Shown: positions 20,343 to 29,727 of the stretch, piece after piece
Layout of the letters: every line of letters starts with the position of its first letter
Position numbering within the stretch: the first letter of the stretch is position 1
Assembly: GCA_963668645.2 (NCBI GenBank)
Contig: CAXXWC010000022.1
Span: 1-64,000 of the forward strand
DNA: 64,000 nt
Reading direction: 5' to 3'
Source: Desulfobacterales bacterium
GTDB taxonomy: Bacteria > Desulfobacterota > Desulfobacteria > Desulfobacterales > UBA2174
Translations under genes and position numbers: made by a program
Notes under the pieces: generated by a model
Seen by the model: the letters and a program-made list of their open reading frames with translations, nothing else
Told to the model about the DNA's origin: nothing
Databases searched by the model: none

Positions 20343-21785
20343 TCACGGCTCCTTGACCGCCGTTTCCAGCTTGAGCCCGTATTTTTCGATCTTGGCGTGC
20401 AGGGTGGGCCGCGACATGCCGAGCATTTTGGCCGCCTTGGAGCGGTTGCCGCCGCACAGGTTGATCGCCTCGCTCACCAGGATGGCGGCCACCGTATCGA
20501 TGCAGTGGTCGAAGCGGTTGGCCGTTTCGTTTTCGGTGGTCAGGATCCGGCGCGCCCAGTGCCGCAGCAGGTCGGGCGTGGCGGCTTCATCGGCTACCCC
20601 GGGCGACGAGGTGCGGCCGCCGATGGCCTGGACGATGCCCTCCACATCCAGGGGGGCCCCGCGGCTGAAAATGAGGGCCTTTTGGATCGTGTTGGACAGC
20701 TCGCGCACATTGCCCGGCCACGAGACCCGTTCCAGCAGGGAGACCGCCTCGGGGGCCAGGCCCGGATTTTTCATCCCGGTTTCGGCCGCGTGGCGGGCCA
20801 GGAAAAATTCGGCCAGCAGGCGGATATCGCCTCCGCGCTGGGAGAGCGGCGGCAGCCAGATGGTGACCACCTTGAGCCGGTAGTAAAGGTCTTCGCGGAA
20901 GCGGCCCTGGGCGATGGCTTCCTCGAGGTTGCGGTTGGTGGCGGCGATGATGCGCACGTCCACCGGCAGGGTCTGGCGCCCGCCGAGCCGTTCCAGGCTC
21001 CGCTCCTGGAGCAGGCGCAGGATCTTGGACTGCAGGCTGAAGGGCATGTCCCCGATTTCGTCGAGAAACACCGTGCCGCCGTGGGCCTGTTCCAGCTTGC
21101 CGATGCGCCGGTGGCTGGCCCCGGTAAAGGCGCCTTTCTCGTAGCCGAAAAGCTCGCTCTCCAGCAGGGTTTCGGGAATCGCCACGCAGTTGATCACCAG
21201 AAACGGCTTGTCGGCCCGGTCGCTGTGCTGGTAGATGGCCCGGGCCACCAGTTCCTTGCCCGTCCCGGATTCACCGCGGATCAGGACCGTGGCGCTGGTG
21301 GCCGAAACCCGCCCGATGGCCTTGTAGACCTCCTGCATGGCCGGGCTGTGGCCGATGATGGCCTCGCGCGAGGCCTGGTCCGGCGAGATGTTGACGTCCA
21401 CCGGCGAGCGCATGAACCGGCCGGCCTCCAGGGCCTTGGCGATCATGGTGAGCATTTCGGGCACGTCGAAGGGTTTGAGCACGTAGTCGAAGGCCCCCAG
21501 CTTGGTGGCCTCGATGGCCGTCTCGGTGGTGCCGAAGGCCGTCATGACGATCACGGGCAGCTTCGGCTCCAGTTCGTGGATGCGGGCGAAGGTTTCCAGG
21601 CCGTTGATCCCCGGCAGGCGCACATCCACGATCACCAGGTCCACCGTTTCGCTCTCGACCGTCTTGATCCCGGATTCTCCCGAGACGGCCGTGCGCACAT
21701 GGTAGCCTTCCTCGATCAACAGCTTTTCGAAGCTTTTGCGCAGCTGATCGTCGTCGTCGATAATCAGAATCTTGCTCACCGTCAC
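20343..21785 (-). CDS. sigma54-dependent response regulator (NtrC family)
   Basis: Receiver domain, GESGTGKE, GAFTGA, LDEIG, WPGNVREL and Fis HTH. Confidence 0.95.
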   Translation of the reverse strand: MTVSKILIIDDDDQLRKSFEKLLIEEGYHVRTAVSGESGIKTVESETVDLVIVDVRLPGINGLETFARIHELEPKLPVIVMTAFGTTETAIEATKLGAFDYVLKPFDVPEMLTMIAKALEAGRFMRSPVDVNISPDQASREAIIGHSPAMQEVYKAIGRVSATSATVLIRGESGTGKELVARAIYQHSDRADKPFLVINCVAIPETLLESELFGYEKGAFTGASHRRIGKLEQAHGGTVFLDEIGDMPFSLQSKILRLLQERSLERLGGRQTLPVDVRIIAATNRNLEEAIAQGRFREDLYYRLKVVTIWLPPLSQRGGDIRLLAEFFLARHAAETGMKNPGLAPEAVSLLERVSWPGNVRELSNTIQKALIFSRGAPLDVEGIVQAIGGRTSSPGVADEAATPDLLRHWARRILTTENETANRFDHCIDTVAAILVSEAINLCGGNRSKAAKMLGMSRPTLHAKIEKYGLKLETAVKEP

Positions 21786-23245
21786 TCCTTGATGGGGAGG
21801 GTAAGAATGAAAGTGGCCCCCTGTCCGGGTTCGGACTGCACATCGAGCCAGCCCTGGTGCTCTGCGATGATGCGCACCGCGATGCTCAACCCCAGCCCCG
21901 TGCCTTCGGCCTTGGTGGTGAAAAAGGGCAGCAGCACCTTTTCCCGCAGCCCGTGGGCGATGCCGGGCCCGTCATCCTTGACCCGCAGCACCGCCACCCG
22001 GCCCAGGGGCTGGGCAAAGGCGACCTCTTCGTGGATATCGATGTGACCCTCGTGGGCCATGGCCTCGCAGGCGTTGACGATCAGGTTGACCAGGACCTCC
22101 TTGAGCTGCTCGGGATCGGCCAGGATCTCGGGCAGGGGCTGGATCCGGTGGACCGTCACGGCCACATCGTAGGCCTTCAGGCGGTGTTCGAGCAGCTGCA
22201 GGGCCATGTCCACCACGGTGGAAGGGCTCACCGGCTGCATCTTGAGTTTGGGAGGCCGGGAAAACTCGAGAAAGTTCTGCACGATGGTGTCCACGTGGCG
22301 GATCTCCTCGCTGATGACCTGGAAATCCTCCTTCTGATCCGCCGTCAGGATCAGCGAGCGGTTGAGCGAAAAGAGGCGCATCTTGATGGACGTGAACGGA
22401 TTGCGGATGCTGTGGGCCATGCCGGCGGCCAGCTTGCCCACCATGGCCATCTTTTCGCTCTGCATGAGGTGCTCGCGGCTCCTGGCCAGCTCGCTCTGGG
22501 TCTGGTCCACGTCCTCGATCAGGTCCTGGACGCTGCGGTGCAGGGCGGCCATCACATCCTGGGTGTCCTCCGGGCCCACCTGCTTGCCGGTGGATTGGGC
22601 CAGGCGCTGGAGCGGCCGCAGGACCTGAACGCCCAGGATGAAGGCCAGCAGCCCGGCGCAGCCCAGGCAGACGACAAGCGTGGCGCCGGCGATCAGCCGC
22701 AGGCGGAAGCCCTCGGTGCGCGCGCCCGCGGTCATGCTGGAGATGCGGTGGGTATGCTCGGTCTTGTACTCCTCGCACAGATCCAGGATGGCAAAAAAAT
22801 GCTCGCGCACCGCTACGTGCAGCCGGGTGCCGGCATCGCGATCCCCCTGGCTGTAATAGGCGATGACCTGGTCCTTGGCCTTGATGTAGCGCTGGTACTC
22901 GCTGTCGATCTTGGCGATGCTCGCCTTGAGGGCCGGGGTGTCGGCCAGGCGCCGGGCCTCATCGAGGCGGGCGCTGAAAATCTGGCGGTACTCGCCCAGC
23001 TGGCGCAGCCAGTCGGGATTGTCGTCCAGAAAATAATAGGTCACGAACCCTTTCTGGTTCACCAGGGCGGTCTCCAGCCCCTGGGCCGCATAGAGGGCGG
23101 CCAGACCTTTTTCGGTGATCCCGGACAGCAGATTCTGGATCTGGTAGGTGTACCAGATCATGACCCCGCCGCCGAGCAGGTTCAGGCCCACCAGGGCCGT
23201 CAGGGTCAGGTAGAAACGCTGGCTCAAACTGGTGCGAAGGCGCAT
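21782..23245 (-). CDS. membrane sensor histidine kinase (four-helix periplasmic sensor)
   Basis: Two TM segments, H-box AGMAHSIRNP, N box NLIVNA, DDGPG and GTGLGL. Confidence 0.93.
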   Translation of the reverse strand: MRLRTSLSQRFYLTLTALVGLNLLGGGVMIWYTYQIQNLLSGITEKGLAALYAAQGLETALVNQKGFVTYYFLDDNPDWLRQLGEYRQIFSARLDEARRLADTPALKASIAKIDSEYQRYIKAKDQVIAYYSQGDRDAGTRLHVAVREHFFAILDLCEEYKTEHTHRISSMTAGARTEGFRLRLIAGATLVVCLGCAGLLAFILGVQVLRPLQRLAQSTGKQVGPEDTQDVMAALHRSVQDLIEDVDQTQSELARSREHLMQSEKMAMVGKLAAGMAHSIRNPFTSIKMRLFSLNRSLILTADQKEDFQVISEEIRHVDTIVQNFLEFSRPPKLKMQPVSPSTVVDMALQLLEHRLKAYDVAVTVHRIQPLPEILADPEQLKEVLVNLIVNACEAMAHEGHIDIHEEVAFAQPLGRVAVLRVKDDGPGIAHGLREKVLLPFFTTKAEGTGLGLSIAVRIIAEHQGWLDVQSEPGQGATFILTLPIKE

Positions 23246-23355
23246 TTCGGTTCTCCGGCCGGGCTGGTGCGCTGAAGGATGAGTCGCATGGAATTACGGA
23301 TCGGCCCTATTCCTTGGGAAAACTGCGCGGATTGTCAAGGGGAAAACCGGAAGGA

Positions 23356-26010
23356 TCACGCCGGGGAGGCGTCCTCAGGGGGGGCGGAGGCGATCTTGGC
23401 CGGCGTCATGACGGTGAGCAGCCCGGCGATCTCGTTCTCCAGCTTGCGCCGATAGTAGGCCACCGAGTTGGCCGACGCCATGATCATGTCGAGCTGGCGA
23501 GTGTGGATGATCAGGTAGCCCAGAAGCCGCAGGGCGTCGCACATCAGGGGCTGGTCGTACTGCTCGATGCGCGCCGCCAGGGCGTCTTCGCGGATATCCA
23601 GCTGGAATCCGTACGGTTCGAGCAGTTCGCCGACAAAGACCACCCGCTGGATGCGCCGCGAAAGATCCGCGGCCCCGCCCTTGAAGCGGAAGCTGGCGTA
23701 GTTTTCCGTGCGCCGCTCGCTCACCAGGGCCTCGACCGTGCAAAAGTGGAATCCCAGGCGCGATTGCAGGCTGCAGTAGTTCCTGGAAATCATGAAGTAG
23801 TTGCGGTTGGCGTAACGGGTGCGCACCGTGGGCACCAGGGAGCGGTTGGCCGTGGCCTGGAACATCACCGCCATCATCCCGCGCCCGTCCACCGGGGGCG
23901 GCCCCTCCCAGGGATAGGCCGTGATCCCTTCCCAGAGGGCGCGCATGGGGACCGAGACGATCTTGTCCAGGTGGGCGTAGGGCCCGTCGGTCTCCTCGGC
24001 CAGGCCGTCGTCCAGGTTGAGCACCCACCACTGCATCGGCACCTCGCCGTAAAGCTGCTTGCTCGATCGCTCGGGAAAGGCGTGATCCTTGCCGAAGCGG
24101 AACATCTCGTGCACGGCCTTTTCATGGCAGAAGCGGGTCAGATCGTGGAAGGTGCGGCAGTTTTCCGGGGTGAAATTCGGGCTGTCCGGATCGAGCAGGG
24201 TCAGGGGGATCACGTGGGCCGCGGCTTTTTCAAGGGCCGCATAGACCGGGCTGCCGGCCATCAGGTTGTGCGGCCGGGTCCTTTTCCCGAGCAACGAGGC
24301 CACCCGGCCGGCATAGACGGTGCGGGTTCCGGCATCCACGGTGACGCTTGGCTGCCCGCCCAGGCGCTCCATGGCCCCTTCCAGGCCGAAAATGGCCGGG
24401 ACCCCGAACTCGCGGGCCACATTGGCCAGGTGGCCTGCGATGCTTCCCTGTTCGGCGACCACGGCCCCGGCCCGCGCCAGCAGCGGGGCCCACCGCGGCA
24501 GGGCCTGGGCCGCCACCAGGATCCCGCCGGATGGGAATCCGAGCGCATCGGCGTCCTTGCGCACCAGATGGACCGGTCCGGCCGCCGCACCGGCGCTGGC
24601 GGTCTGGCCGCCGCTGGCCAGGATCGGGGCGCAGGCGGCCTCATCGGCGCAAACGGTGTCTTCAGGGGCCGCCTCGTTTTGCGGCAGGGGCCGGCATTGG
24701 AGCAGGTGCAGGCGGCCCTGGCCGTCGATGGCCCACTCGATGTCCTGGGCCGCACCGTAGATCCCGTCGATGGCCAGCCCCACCCGGGCCAGCTCCAGGA
24801 TCTGGTCGTCGTCCAGGCAGGGCTGATCCCGCTCCTCGGCCACCGTGTCCATGCGGCAGACCCCCTCGTCCGGATAGCAGACGAACTTGCGCTGCTTGTC
24901 ACGGATGCGCCGTTCGACGATGGCCGGCGGCGGACCGCGGCGCACCACGAACAGGTCGCTGGCCACGCTGCCGTCCACCACGGACTTGGCCAGGCCCCAG
25001 GCGGCATTGATCGTCAGATCGTCGCTGCGCGCATCCAGGGGGCTGCGGGTGTAGAGGACCCCGGCGCTGCGCGCCTCGACCATGCGCATGCACCCGACGC
25101 ACATGGCCACGTCCTCCTCGCGGATCCCCCGGGTGAGCCGGTAGCTCATGGCGGTGACGCCGTACTTGCTGGCCACCACCGTCTTGTAGGCCTGGAGCAG
25201 GTTCTCCGGGCTGACATTGAGTTCGGAACGGTACTGGCCGGCAAAGGAGGTGCCCGGTTCGTCTTCGCCCAGGGCGCTGCTGCGCACCGCCAGGGTGGCC
25301 GGCCGGCCCCCGTCGCCCCCCATGGCGGAACAGGCTTCGGTCATGGCCCGGGCCAGGGCCTCGGGCACCTCGGCCCGGGCGATGAGCTGCTGGATGCGGG
25401 CGCTCAGGGCATAGAGCTGATCCGGCTGCTGGATGTCGGCCGCCTGGAGGCGGCGGGCGATTTCCGGCTGCAGGTCGGAGTGGGTGATGAAGCGGGCGTA
25501 CCCCGCGGCGGTGACCACGAATCCGTCGGGCGGCGCCAGCCCCACCCGGCGGCAGATCTCGGCCAGGTTGGCCATCTTGGCCCCCACCAGATCGGCCTGG
25601 TCGGGCTGCACCTGGCTGAGCCTCAGGACCAGGGGGCCTTCGGTGGGGGCTTCGCGCAGGCGCACATGGGGATTGATCTGCTGCTGGATCGCCTTGAAAC
25701 GTTCTAAAAGGGCGCCATACCCCTCGGGGGCCAGTTCGTTCATGTGGCGCACAACGGCAAAGACGCTGGTGGAAATCCGCGTCAGGCGCGAACGCACGAA
25801 GGTCATGCCGAAGGACTGGGTGCCGGCCAGGGCCGCTTCGACCTCGCTCATCAGTTCGAGGGTCTTGTTGTTGGCGTTGAGCAGCAGCTTGAACTGGTGG
25901 TAGCGGGACTGGAAGGCGAGGCGCAGGGCTTCGACGTCCGGTGGCGCGATGGGCTGGGCCGGACGCCGAAGCCAGCGTTTGAAGGTGTCGAGGATCGAAG
26001 ACATCGGCAA
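23356..26010 (-). CDS. PEP synthase-like protein (PEP/pyruvate-binding ATP-grasp + phospho-His mobile domain + non-canonical C-terminus)
   Basis: VGAKMANL, AVRSSALGED, SFAGQY, QDIEWA, LLQCRPL and GHLANVAREFGVPA. Confidence 0.85.
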   Translation of the reverse strand: MPMSSILDTFKRWLRRPAQPIAPPDVEALRLAFQSRYHQFKLLLNANNKTLELMSEVEAALAGTQSFGMTFVRSRLTRISTSVFAVVRHMNELAPEGYGALLERFKAIQQQINPHVRLREAPTEGPLVLRLSQVQPDQADLVGAKMANLAEICRRVGLAPPDGFVVTAAGYARFITHSDLQPEIARRLQAADIQQPDQLYALSARIQQLIARAEVPEALARAMTEACSAMGGDGGRPATLAVRSSALGEDEPGTSFAGQYRSELNVSPENLLQAYKTVVASKYGVTAMSYRLTRGIREEDVAMCVGCMRMVEARSAGVLYTRSPLDARSDDLTINAAWGLAKSVVDGSVASDLFVVRRGPPPAIVERRIRDKQRKFVCYPDEGVCRMDTVAEERDQPCLDDDQILELARVGLAIDGIYGAAQDIEWAIDGQGRLHLLQCRPLPQNEAAPEDTVCADEAACAPILASGGQTASAGAAAGPVHLVRKDADALGFPSGGILVAAQALPRWAPLLARAGAVVAEQGSIAGHLANVAREFGVPAIFGLEGAMERLGGQPSVTVDAGTRTVYAGRVASLLGKRTRPHNLMAGSPVYAALEKAAAHVIPLTLLDPDSPNFTPENCRTFHDLTRFCHEKAVHEMFRFGKDHAFPERSSKQLYGEVPMQWWVLNLDDGLAEETDGPYAHLDKIVSVPMRALWEGITAYPWEGPPPVDGRGMMAVMFQATANRSLVPTVRTRYANRNYFMISRNYCSLQSRLGFHFCTVEALVSERRTENYASFRFKGGAADLSRRIQRVVFVGELLEPYGFQLDIREDALAARIEQYDQPLMCDALRLLGYLIIHTRQLDMIMASANSVAYYRRKLENEIAGLLTVMTPAKIASAPPEDASPA

Positions 26011-26070
26011 ATGACTAAAATGACTTTATCTGATTTTAGTCTTTTTAGTCCTTTTAGTCGGTTTAGTCAC
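26011..26070. repeat. short degenerate tandem repeat (TTTTAGTC x~4) with an inverted copy TGACTAAAA
   Basis: atgactaaaatgactttatctgattttagtctttttagtccttttagtcggtttagtcac. Confidence 0.6.
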
Positions 26071-26081
26071 CCGGCATTATT

Positions 26082-26768
26082 CTAGTGCTCCAGTTTCATG
26101 CCGGACCCCTCGAACATGAACATGATCGCAAAGCCGTACCAGAGGGTGTAAACCACGTAAAAAATGAGGGAAAAAATCACGATCCCCCAGCGGTCCGATA
26201 TTTTCTGGGCCTCGATCCCGTAGTAGTTGTAGGCTGTTTCCACCGCCTTGGCCTTGACGAGGTCCAGGGCGCTCGCTTCCTTGAATTTTTTCTGTTTTTT
26301 AAGTGACTTGTCCATTCCTGCGATGGACTTCCACCAGTTGTAGAGGGCCTGGCGCCCTTCGACGCCGTACTTGGCTTCCAGGGCCTGGCCGTCGTTGCGG
26401 TACATGGCGTCCGCATCGTCCAGCATGGCGGCCATGATGCGCCCCATATCGCCGGAGACCTTCAGCTCGGTGCCGCTGACATTGACCAGGGCCCCGGCCT
26501 TGTTGAGCTGTTTGGCCGTCTGGCTGGCCTGGGTCGCATCGGCCATGGAAAAGTTCATTTCGATCTGGTTGCCCGCAAACGGCTCGATCTGCTTTTCGAC
26601 CTTGGGAATGTAGTACGCCGACCCCTTGGAGATGGAGTTGTACAGCGCGTCGAGGTATTGAAGGCCGTTGTGCCCGCCGAAAAGGGGCACAAACATCGCC
26701 ACCAGCACCGCCACAAAGGCGATGATCATCCCCAGGCCGATATTGAATTCCTTCTTGTTGCCAGCCAT
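26082..26768 (-). CDS. conserved membrane protein associated with TauE (DVU0150-like)
   Basis: Start MAGNKKEF overlaps the TauE stop; LDALYNSISKGSAYYIP, AVETAYNYYGIE and YTLWYGFAI motifs. Confidence 0.75.
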   Translation of the reverse strand: MAGNKKEFNIGLGMIIAFVAVLVAMFVPLFGGHNGLQYLDALYNSISKGSAYYIPKVEKQIEPFAGNQIEMNFSMADATQASQTAKQLNKAGALVNVSGTELKVSGDMGRIMAAMLDDADAMYRNDGQALEAKYGVEGRQALYNWWKSIAGMDKSLKKQKKFKEASALDLVKAKAVETAYNYYGIEAQKISDRWGIVIFSLIFYVVYTLWYGFAIMFMFEGSGMKLEH

Positions 26769-28051
26769 CAGTGCGCCTCCTTGCCTTTCAACACGGCGAT
26801 GTTTTTCAGAAAGGTTCCGATCACCCAGACCCCGAATCCACCGATGACGATGAAAAAGGCCCAGACACCGATGCTGTCGAGGAACTTTGCAGTGGCGGGG
26901 CTTAAAGGGATGACTTCCATGGCGGACAGCTTGCCCGGCAGGGCGAAGAACCGGTTGACGAAACCGGCCAGCACCGCCATGGCGTAAAAGCCGCGGATGG
27001 TGATCCCGGGCACCACCTTGGTGACCATGGCGCCGATCTGGATTCCGACCAGGGAGCCGAGAAGCATCCCCATGGCCAGGGTGTAGAAGATGAACCCGAA
27101 GATGGCGTACTGGCTGATGGCGGCATAGCCGGCGGTAAAAACGATCTGAAAAATGTCCGTGCCCACCGTGGTCATGGACGAAACCCCGAGCATGTACACG
27201 AAGATGGGAAAGGTCAGAAAGCCGCCCCCCACCCCCATGATCCCGGCCGCCAGCCCGACCAGGGCGCCGGAAAGGACCAGGAAGATCCACGAGATCTGGC
27301 GCCCGCCGGGGGTCAGATCGAAATCGAACCTCACCATGGGCGGCACCTTGACGGCCTGGAGCTTGCGCGGCAGGTTGCCTATATCGGCCCCTTCGCTTTT
27401 GCCGTGGGCGTCCATGCTGCCGCTGCTGGCCTTGCGGGCCCGCAGAAAGTCGAGCATGGCGTAGGTGCCCAGAAACCCGAGCATCAGGGCGTAAATCGTG
27501 GTGATAAAGGCGTCGCTGAGCACCGGATTGATCTCGTAGAGCCAGCGGTTGAGCAGCCCGCCCACGGTGGCCCCCAAAATGGCGCCCAGCAGGAAGACCA
27601 CCGCCAGGGGGACCGAGACATTGCCCAGTTTGCGGTGGATGACGCTGCCCATGATCGCCTTGGCGAAGATGTGGAACAGGTCGGTGCCCACCGCCAGGAT
27701 CCCTTTGATCCCGGCGCTCATCAGGGCCGGGGCGATGATGAAGCCCCCGCCGGCGCCGATGCAGCCGGTGATCAGGCCGGCCCCCAGACCGATGAGGATT
27801 GAAACGATAAAGATCCCGGTGGAATAGAAAGCCGGGCTGTAGGCCTTCTTGCCACCCAGAACCGCGGGCAGGGCCCCGGCGATCTGGTCGGCGAAGACCA
27901 CCCCGCCCAGAATCACCGGCACGGTCAGCAGGCCCAGCAGCAGCACCCGCCGGCGGTCGCCGAAAACGGTGTTGGATACGTTGATTTCCCATCGGGCGTG
28001 GGCCTGCGCCCCTGTGAGCATGAAGCGTCCCCACTGTTTGAAGAAATTCAT
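26768..28051 (-). CDS. sulfite exporter TauE/SafE family membrane protein
   Basis: Duplicated GxGGGF motifs (GCIGAGGGF, GIMGVGGGF) and VGTD; multi-TM. Confidence 0.9.
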   Translation of the reverse strand: MNFFKQWGRFMLTGAQAHARWEINVSNTVFGDRRRVLLLGLLTVPVILGGVVFADQIAGALPAVLGGKKAYSPAFYSTGIFIVSILIGLGAGLITGCIGAGGGFIIAPALMSAGIKGILAVGTDLFHIFAKAIMGSVIHRKLGNVSVPLAVVFLLGAILGATVGGLLNRWLYEINPVLSDAFITTIYALMLGFLGTYAMLDFLRARKASSGSMDAHGKSEGADIGNLPRKLQAVKVPPMVRFDFDLTPGGRQISWIFLVLSGALVGLAAGIMGVGGGFLTFPIFVYMLGVSSMTTVGTDIFQIVFTAGYAAISQYAIFGFIFYTLAMGMLLGSLVGIQIGAMVTKVVPGITIRGFYAMAVLAGFVNRFFALPGKLSAMEVIPLSPATAKFLDSIGVWAFFIVIGGFGVWVIGTFLKNIAVLKGKEAH

Positions 28052-28470
28052 TTCCCCCCCCCTTTTAGTGATTCGATTTCCCTGATTTTCTGCTTTTGAA
28101 GCATCCGTTTCTGGTAAGCGTCCTGAAGCTTGTAGATCAGTTCGTCGATATCCACCGGCTTCATCAGGTAATCAAAAGCCCCGGCCTCCATCCCCTTGAC
28201 GGCGACTTCCAGGCTGGCATGGCCGGTGAGCATGATCACCTCGATGAGTGCATAACGCTCCTTGATCTTCTGGAGCAGCGTGATGCCGTCCATTTCCGGC
28301 ATGCGCACATCGAGGACCACCACGTCGAAGGGCTCGGCCGCCAGCAGGGCCAGGGCCTGGCTGGCCCCGTTGGCCCCGGTGACGTCGATGCGCCGCTTTT
28401 TCATGCGTTTGATCAGGGTGTCGAGAAAATCGGCCTCGTCGTCGACGATCAATGCTTTGAGCGAATCCAT
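28048..28470 (-). CDS. single-domain response regulator
   Basis: LIVDDE, VLDVRMP, MLTGHA and YLMKP; start MDSLKAL. Confidence 0.9.
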   Translation of the reverse strand: MDSLKALIVDDEADFLDTLIKRMKKRRIDVTGANGASQALALLAAEPFDVVVLDVRMPEMDGITLLQKIKERYALIEVIMLTGHASLEVAVKGMEAGAFDYLMKPVDIDELIYKLQDAYQKRMLQKQKIREIESLKGGGK

Positions 28471-28539
28471 GCCTTTGCCTTCTATCTGAAAAAGTTGCAC
28501 TGCGGAGCGATGGGCACTCGGTCCGCCCGTAAAAAGCAA

Positions 28540-28555
28540 AGCAATTGATATGCCA
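28540..28555 (-). promoter_or_regulatory. sigma54 (-24/-12) promoter of the RR-TauE operon
   Basis: Minus strand TGGCATATCAATTGCT = GG-N10-GC. Confidence 0.8.
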
Positions 28556-28651
28556 GTGGAAGGGGGTCCCGGGGACCGCTCGGGTCAAAGCCGCAAAAGG
28601 GATGAAGCGATCTGCCCGGGCATGGGAGGAAGGGTTCGGATCTGTCGGGAA

Positions 28652-28670
28652 TCTTTACACGGTGTAAAGA
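28652..28670. promoter_or_regulatory. perfect palindrome, candidate enhancer (bEBP) binding site
   Basis: TCTTTACAC-G-GTGTAAAGA about 100 bp upstream of the sigma54 box. Confidence 0.6.
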
Positions 28671-28749
28671 CTGAGGGATTGTCAGCGGCTGAAGCACCAC
28701 TCATCGCGGCGGCTTCCCGGCCGCCCATGGCGCCATGGGCGATGGGCGG

Positions 28750-29205
28750 CTAAAAATCGCCGCTTCCCACCAGACGCCGGTCCAATGCCAGGGCGGTGAG
28801 GATTTCTTCCAGGCCGTGACGCCGGCCCCGGCCGATTCCCGGACAACTGCGGGCCGTTTCCCGCCAGCGGCGCTGGGAGCGCAGGTTGGATACCCAGAAA
28901 GGATAGATGCGGCACTGGGCCGGCCGCAGCGGGTAGATGCGGCACCCCCGGTCAAAAAACCAGCAGCGGCCGTCGGCGTGCTCCCGGATGCGGAAACCAC
29001 CGTCCAGGGGTGTGAATACGCCTTCTTCGGCCATCGCGGCGGCTTTCATCCAACGCCGGATGGCCGCCGTTTCGAGGGCATCGGCCCAGACCAGTCCCGG
29101 CTCGCCGGTGCAGCAGGCCCCGCAACGCTGGCACTCGAAATCGAGTCCGTCGTGGAAAAAGTAGCGCCGGTCCAACGCGGCCTCGGCACTAGGAACAGTC
29201 GGCAT
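28750..29205 (-). CDS. YkgJ-family cysteine cluster (Zn/Fe-chelating) protein
   Basis: FECQRCGACC, CWFF, CRIYPLRPAQCRIYPFW and CPGIG. Confidence 0.88.
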   Translation of the reverse strand: MPTVPSAEAALDRRYFFHDGLDFECQRCGACCTGEPGLVWADALETAAIRRWMKAAAMAEEGVFTPLDGGFRIREHADGRCWFFDRGCRIYPLRPAQCRIYPFWVSNLRSQRRWRETARSCPGIGRGRRHGLEEILTALALDRRLVGSGDF

Positions 29206-29638
29206 CGGTCTGCGGGTTCGGGTCCGGGGCACGCCGGATGACCTTGACGATCCGCGGCTGGTAGACGGCCATGGCCCCCATGCGCCGGCCCCGGTAGCGC
29301 ACGACAACCACCGCCAGGACAAAACCGATCAGGGCACCGAGGGCCGCAGCGTTGTCCCCGCCCAGGGAGAGGCCCACAAACGCTCCGGCCAGCAGGGACG
29401 CCACCGGGAAAAGATAGAGCAGGGCCATCGCCTTGATAAAGGCTCCGGTGGGGATTTCGATCCGCACCCGGTCCCCGACGCGGGCCCGGGCGCTGTTGAG
29501 CGCCATGACGTCCATCTCCCGGCCGGAGTCGCTGCAAAATCCCTTGGCGCTGCACGCCTCGCAGTCTCCGCTTTTGACCGTCCGCACCACGGCCGAAGGG
29601 CCGTCGGTGCGGGTGATGATTCCTTCTTCGCTGGCCAT
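29189..29638 (-). CDS. rseC: RseC/MucC family protein
   Basis: EEGII, CEACSAKGFC, ARVGDRVRIEI and two TMs with LLYLFP. Confidence 0.85.
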   Translation of the reverse strand: MASEEGIITRTDGPSAVVRTVKSGDCEACSAKGFCSDSGREMDVMALNSARARVGDRVRIEIPTGAFIKAMALLYLFPVASLLAGAFVGLSLGGDNAAALGALIGFVLAVVVVRYRGRRMGAMAVYQPRIVKVIRRAPDPNPQTDADCS

Positions 29639-29727
29639 CTTTCGAGTTTCTCCTTTTTCACGGCCGCGCGTCAAACGCAAGACCCCGCCGGCAGGCGGGG
29701 TCATACAAGGCAATGGGGTGTCGCGGT

